Notes under the pieces: model-generated
Told to the model about the DNA's origin: nothing
The model's database searches: none
What the model saw: only the letters and a program-made list of their open reading frames with translations
Translations under genes and position numbers: made by a program
Shown: positions 57,486 to 64,000 of the stretch, piece by piece
How positions within the stretch are numbered: the first letter of the stretch is position 1
Layout: every line of letters starts with the position of its first letter
Source: Lepidodermella squamata
Lineage: Eukaryota > Animalia > Gastrotricha
Length of the DNA stretch: 64,000 nucleotides
Assembly: GCA_047495785.1 (NCBI GenBank)
Contig: JBLDXI010000043.1
Location: 372,001 to 436,000 of the forward strand
Direction: 5' to 3'

Positions 57486-59954
57486 TCATTGAGGTTTGAA
57501 GATAGGGTATATCAAAGTCGCTGACGAAGTAGAAGCCAGAACGAGACCAGCAAATGCAACAGTCACTTCCTGAGCCACAATATTGCCAACTGCTACAACA
57601 ATCAACAAGCTAGCAACTAGCACGATACACAAATTCATAACAGCCATTGTGATAAAATTAAACTCGGGTACATAATTTGCCGCATTTCGAAATCTCAGCT
57701 TGATAACTGAAATAATTCCAACCAGCAAAATCGCGATATTCAAAGCTATGACGCTCGAAATCCAACCTGTTTGATTCCCGCTCGATGTACACATCCAAAA
57801 TTGCGATTCTATCAATTTGTCTTCATCTTCAAGTATCAATGGCGGCTGCTTTGATAGGTAGCAGACTAAAGGATCGCCTAGCAACCAACACGCGATAATC
57901 AAGCCATTAATTAGAACAAAAATCGCCAGCCAATTACAGGCGAGAGCGTCTACAGCTTCAAAAGCCTCCTTTCTCACGCTAATTGCCTTCAGCGAAGCTC
58001 GAAAGTTCGAAGTTGTAGACGCCCGGCGCACGAAATCAGCCTGACCGACTGTATTAGATCGCTGCTCCCTGTTTCGTACGTGATCTAAGGCGGCGATAGA
58101 ACTCTCGCGGCTGTTTTTCGTCGCCGGCTGGTGGATCGTTTTACGAGTTTCCGTGGGCTGGTGCGTTACCGACGTCAGAGTGCGAAATTTCACAGACAAA
58201 CACATTGCTCGCAAGTTCACTACGCCATTTGTGATTGCGAACGAAATAACAAGTAGGACAACCCGGATTTTCCAGATAAGCAAAGGTGAGATCGAAGATT
58301 TGAGAGAAAAGGAAACTGAAGCGCAATTCATTAGGAGAACACCTAATAATCCCGCCAATTTCGAGAAACAAAGACCTCGTTTTGTCGAACCAGTGTTCCA
58401 AGTTCGAAAAAGCTTGAACATACTACCAATTTGAATGAAACAAGAAAAGCCGGCCAAAATTGCGACCGTGTAGAAAATTGATTCTTGAATCTCTTCAACC
58501 ACGATTTCGACTTGAATTTTGTCCCTTGGCGGTTTTTTGTCCACTGTTAGCCAAATCGCCTTCTGATGTCTTTTCATCCAATAACTCTCATACTCGTACC
58601 CAGAGGCGTTTGCGAATTGGTGGACGGTATAGATGTATTGTAGCCGTCTCTCCGGGGTCCAGTAGCCAATCATTTGAACATCAGCATCAACTTCACCTCG
58701 GTTGTTGTACCTCATTCGACCCATTCTGAGACCCATGTAATCGACAGAAATCGCTGACTGATTCGCAATACGACTGACGAGCTCTGGCTGATCTCTCATG
58801 TTTAGCAATGACATATTTCGAGATTTCAGCATCTTCTCGGCATTATCTAAGGTTATAAGGCCTTGCAACATTGAATCGTGGCATAGGACTCTGGTTTCGT
58901 AGTCATAGGGCCGTGATATATTCGTGTATTGATCGAACATAGTATCGAATTCGATAAGGTTGTAGCCAAGGTGGGATGGAATCGAAGGTTCGTCCGTGAA
59001 TTGAACCGGGGCAGTCCAATATGAGATCTAACATGGAAAAATGTCGAATAATTGTGAAAAGCAAGGGAAAATTATTACTTTCATCTGTTCCATGATTACA
59101 GCCCTCCGACAACCTGGTACAACAGGGTCGGTCATGACTGTCGGATCTCGATAGACGATTCCTAGTAGGATGAAAACGTATTTTCGACCTGTGATTCCAA
59201 ATTTGAAAGTTTGGCACAGGAATGACCAAACAATTCGAGCTACTGAAGCTGAAATCACAATAACCCTAACATCACTCTGCTTCAACAGCATTATTACATC
59301 ATCTTCCATTTCCAAAGCTAAGTCAAAGTAGGAAACGGTTAAGTTCGCTTGGTCAAGGGCGTATCTCTGGAATAGCGCGGCGTAGGTCACGTCAAAAGCA
59401 CTTCCAGCATTGCCTAATATGCCAATTCGTTGCCATTTGCCAACTTCTTTTATGAAATGAATCTGAGCGAAGAGAAGGACGCCACCTGTTGATCGCAATA
59501 GGTACAAATTCTTGTAGATATTTCGATCTGACAGAAACGGAGCAGCACATGCGATCGAAATTGCAAGTGAGTTCAAGTGCGGCAACGTTGGTCCGATCGA
59601 TTTGCAGCTGTTCGAGAAAATTGGCCCGACGATCACCGGTGATTGGATTTCGTTCGGCCTAGCGTTTTGCTCAAAGCTTCGACTGAAAGCGGCGGTTGCT
59701 TTAGCAGCGGCTAGCCCAGCGATTTCGTCTTCGAATTGGATGTCGATGTGATAGTCGGCTAGGAAATCGGATCGGTTGTTCGCCATGTCGACAGCGATTT
59801 GAGAGGCGACTTTGCAAGCGTAGCCTGTTGAAGGCGCGTTGCCTGTGAAAGCTATTAGTTCTAGCATTGCAATGCGATTGGGCTTTCTTAATGCAGGCAT
59901 TTCGCAAGAGACAAGTACGAAGCCTGCAAAGAAAAGCGACACTTGCTGGAGCAT
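57486..59954 (-). CDS. GABA-B-like class C GPCR paralog 3. Exons 59954-59079, 59027-57486
   Basis: Same architecture, with a 51-nt intron at the homologous position. Confidence 0.9.
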
Positions 59955-61336
59955 CTTTTATCGAATCTGATTTGTTGTTGTTGTTTGCGTTGTTAACAAA
60001 TTGGTTAACAAAGTTGGTTATTTATGGACTCTCGGTAAATTTACTCTGAGATAACAATTTGTTGTATTTGATCCAGTTAATTTCTGAGGAAAATTGATGA
60101 ATGAATATTTACGAATAGATATCTTTTGCTTTGGGCTATGCGTGAAGATATTGGATATGGCTTGTTTTAACCAATCAATCTTAAAACTTTCACTGTAAAA
60201 CTTTCTGTTTCCATATCTAAAGCCTTTGATGGGCATGTTTGATAGAAAACGAAGAAATATAGCTGGGAGAGAGAATTTAAGCAACGGAAAAAACGAAAAG
60301 CAACGAAAAAGCGATCGATTTCTTAGCATCCATCATTTGAAATAACTTGAATTAAAATGGCTGAGAGCTCGTTATCGAACGATAAAGTTCTTGATTTTGA
60401 TGAAGAGTTGTTGACTTGAGTTCAAAAATTATCAATTCATTCTAATTTTTACTCAATTTTAACGCTTGAAAACTTTCTTTGAAACCATAAACAATAAACA
60501 ATAAAGCATGCTCGCAATTGTAACACGTCCCGTTTACAACCCCCCTTTTTCGAAGCTTTGAAAATACAATGCCCCCTGAAGCTAATACGGAAAATACGGT
60601 ACTTTGGAAAAATTGAGGAGATTATTATAAAAATGTACATATCGGCCTCAGTAACATTTGCTCTTATTCTAACGTTGACTAGCGCTGGAAATGCGGTCTT
60701 TGGGTTGCGAAGCCGGTCACTTCATGTCCGCGATGTCAGCGTCCGAAATATCGTAGGTTCTTCTTGTTGGGGATTAAAATTGAACCCAGTCGATTCCATT
60801 TTATTATAGAAATGGCGAATCTGCAATCAACGAATGATAGAGGCAGCCTTTCGCAAAGACATCGCGGAGTAAGTCATGCCAACTCCAGAAGTCAAGTTCA
60901 ACCATTTTCGACTGAAGCCTTTCGCAGTTCTACATTTACTAATAAGCTCTACTGTTGCTGCAATATGGGAGGGTGGGAGTTTCCCAAGCTACTCGAATTC
61001 AGCGAATATTTAATTGAATCTTTTTAGAACTGACAATGCTCAGATCCAGTGCTGAAGGGGTGAATAGAAGACGTACGTTCCTCGAGCTGAATCTGCCAGT
61101 CTCGGCGCTAATTATGTACTCATTTTAAGCTGCTTGCGCAAAGGAATGCTTGAATAGAGGCAATAGATGCACATGTACGAAAGAGCGGTATGGATCAAAC
61201 ATCAAACTGCGAACTACCGGTAATTCCACGACAAATTGCTTTTCTACTCTATACACTATCGACGTGTATCTTGATTTGTGCCCAAAGTTGAAAAATGACA
61301 TGTTTTCCCTCTTTCCTCATCTCTTAGTTCAGTTAG

Positions 61337-62045
61337 ATGAGCTTCAAAAAAATGAATAACCTGATTTCATGCAAGGTATGGAGTAGGATCCTCCAGCTGT
61401 CTAAAAAATGCAAGCCAGAGGAAATCTTTTATTATAGTTTTCTCGTTATTTTTGCTCAGACTCGAGCGATTTACGAGCATTTGTGGGCTGCGTGTGGCAA
61501 TATTGCTGACTTTTCGGAAGTGAAGCGGCTCGTAGCGGAGATCGACGCTGCTACTGGCGGTCTATTCGACCCCAACTTGACTTGAGATTTTCAAAGAAGA
61601 CACCTCATGCAGGATGTACATAACAAACGGTACTCTGCTACACCAAATAATGCAGTGTGGTGAAATGCCACGGCAACGCGACCAGCGGCTAGCAATAGCT
61701 CAGATGTTTTTGGACCGCGGCGCTGACGTGAATGCCACAGAGGACAATTTTGACAACAAGGCTTTGACAATAGCAGCGAATAATCGCAACGTCGAACTTG
61801 TACGGCTGCTCTTGGACCGAAATGCCGACATCGAGGCCAAGGATAGATATGGCTGCACGGCGTTGATTTGGGCGGCTTACAGAGGGGACATTGAGCTTGC
61901 GCGGCTGCTGCTCGACAGGGGTGCAAACACGGAAGCCGCAGATAAAGGTGGATTGGCAGCACTCGATCATGCAGTTCAACAAAGCCAAGCTGCCGTTGCC
62001 GATTTGCTGCGATCGCGAGGAGCAAGATGTGCACAAGCTTGCTAA
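61337..62045 (+). pseudogene. Ankyrin-repeat gene paralogous to the 52.3-52.7 kb ANK domain, with a stop/frameshift at about 61580
   Basis: VKRLVAEIDAATGGLFDPN versus VRQLVEAIDSATGGSFDPN; same phase-0 acceptor (exon starts 61461); TGA and a frame change before NGTLLH. Confidence 0.7.
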
Positions 62046-62927
62046 AGAAACAACTGACTGTAATGACCGCCAATGTGTGTCAGACTGAAATATTTAGTGC
62101 TTCTATATCAAGCTGTCATAAAAGGTGGCTTATGATCGAGGCTTTGTTTTGAAGTGAGAAATGCGGTTAATCGCAGCTCGCAGGGTCTGTTTTACTATAG
62201 TAATGCAGAATGCAGTATATGTTCCCTCGTTAAAGGCACCCTTTTTATAAGACCGTTTCCTTATGTTTACGATCGGAAGAGGATTAGCGCCCCACTCGGT
62301 GCCAATTTTTTGCTTTTTCGTAATAAATGTACGGCACCCTTGTAAAGGGAACGGGTCTGGCTCCCGACCCAGTGCTTTTATCGAGGGAGTACTGTATAAT
62401 ATATCACCAAGTCACAGATTTTAGCAACACTACACTGAATTGAGGCACTAATGTTTGATTGATAGAAGATCGATACCTATTTTTTTAACCTTATTTTGAT
62501 TTGTCGATTAACGTCATCGATGGTTATTTTTCCATTTTGAATCCGCACGGCGCTGTTGATTCCTTTCCGGACATCAATTCCACGCGTCAAAAGGATGAAA
62601 CGGAGGTATCGTTTCTTGAATTGCCAGCGCTTCCAACGACATCGTAAGAAAGTTCAAAAACAGTTTCTCATTTTTGTTTTCCAATCATCCTTCACATTTT
62701 TCTCCCCAATCCGTGTCCTTCAATCGACCAACCACGAAATTGGGGAGGTAGCCCACTGCTAAATATCCCACTCCAAACATTATCATTTTCCACGGAATTT
62801 TCAAACTTTTGCCACTAGATCTGATATTCATGGAAAAAACGTTGCTCCAAAAAGCATACCGACAGAAGCATAATGTGGCAATCGGTGTTCCTGATAATAA
62901 AGCATAGGTAAATGTTTAGAATTTCGT

Positions 62928-63539
62928 TTAAAAACACAGAAGTACCCATGTGTCGTCGGTGTTGTTTTTGAAGATGACATTGAAACACAGAATTCGCAAC
63001 GGAGTTAAAAAGCGTTCACAGATTATATATTCTGGACGAATAATGGTCAATTCGGTCGTGATTACGTTGTGAGCGCCGTGGCTAGTTATTGCTTCCACGG
63101 CCTTAGCCGTCCATTCCGCAGGAGGGTTAATACCTCGCTGACGGTACATAAAACATGCAAATTCCAGTGAGCATTGGGCAAGAAGGCGAGCAAGAACCAT
63201 CAAGTTGAGCGCTGCATAATTAATGACGACGCCATATTTGTCTTTTTCATAGATGCAGGAGATGAATGAGTTTTTCCCACAGTCATAAAGCACCCAATAT
63301 GTGATGCACGAACCGAGGAACAAGTCGTTAACACCCCAGGAAGTCGATACTCGATCCTTCCATAGAGAAGCTCTCCAAGTAAGTTTCCCATGAAAAATTG
63401 CGCTAGCTGGGAAATCTATTAATTGTTTTGACAACGACATCACTTTCCGATGCTTAAGGTCTTGGGTTGAATGTAAATATAGACGAACCCGACTTTTGCG
63501 ACTGGCACTTCGTTTTTCTCTTTTCGTATTTGTGAGCAA
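62928..63539 (-). CDS. Hypothetical coding exon of unknown function
   Basis: 203-aa open frame with plausible composition; no recognised motif. Confidence 0.3.
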   Translation of the reverse strand: MLTNTKREKRSASRKSRVRLYLHSTQDLKHRKVMSLSKQLIDFPASAIFHGKLTWRASLWKDRVSTSWGVNDLFLGSCITYWVLYDCGKNSFISCIYEKDKYGVVINYAALNLMVLARLLAQCSLEFACFMYRQRGINPPAEWTAKAVEAITSHGAHNVITTELTIIRPEYIICERFLTPLRILCFNVIFKNNTDDTWVLLCF

Positions 63540-64000
63540 GATAAGGCAACGCTTTCCTCTTTCGTAGGAAATGCGGTTGAAGCTTTTTTACTTTCATCGC
63601 AAGGTTCTACGGAATTTTCTTTACGTTTATGCAGGACAAAAGAAAAATTCCAGGAAACAAATTTATTTACTTACTTCCCGCCCCGGAAAGAACAAGAAGA
63701 TAAGCATTATGCACCGAGAAAATATACTTGAATATCGTTAATAGTTAATATTTCAGGTGCTATAATTAGAACAAGGGGTGGTGGGTTAGTGGGAAATTAG
63801 CCCCATGCGTAAAAAGACTGTTTATACAATATGTTGATAATCAAGAAATAACAATCATATGCCATGGATGGAACTCGGCGCGGTGAAATGCTAGGCGAGA
63901 GATCGCGATCGAGATTGAACAAATATAAAATTAATGATGGCGTTTTATATGGCGTTGGGGCTCTCAGTTCACAGGCACCTTGCGGAAGACGGCCAACAAA

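Noticed and set aside
62212-62396. Small Tc1/mariner-like MITE
   Set aside because: Only one end (GAGGGAGTACTGTA) is clear; the partner TIR is too degenerate to support.
1-64000. Species assignment
   Set aside because: Gene content and tiny introns indicate an invertebrate animal, but nothing in the window identifies the taxon without a search.

Overview
Eukaryotic (metazoan, invertebrate-type) genomic DNA with very short introns (mostly 45-60 nt, several GC-AG) and many transposons; no prokaryotic features. The left half (0.6-32 kb) is a duplicated cluster of three paralogs of a spliced gene joining a NEK-like Ser/Thr kinase to a single-exon array of near-identical 34-aa ankyrin repeats (12, 32 and 11 repeats). 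Repeat variation is concentrated at the predicted binding-surface positions, and there are signs of repeat duplication and exchange between paralogs. This is the best candidate for an undescribed system: a variable-specificity sensor kinase family (function inferred, not shown). The cluster is interleaved with a divergent Cys-loop channel gene, its inverted pseudo-copy, LINEs and non-autonomous DNA transposons. The right half holds an Amt ammonium transporter, three divergent GABA-B-like class C GPCRs, a second divergent Cys-loop channel, a predicted secreted EGF-ankyrin fusion that needs a 2-nt micro-exon, a secreted vWA/chitin-binding-like protein and a broken ankyrin paralog. All gene models were spliced by eye; no database searches were run.
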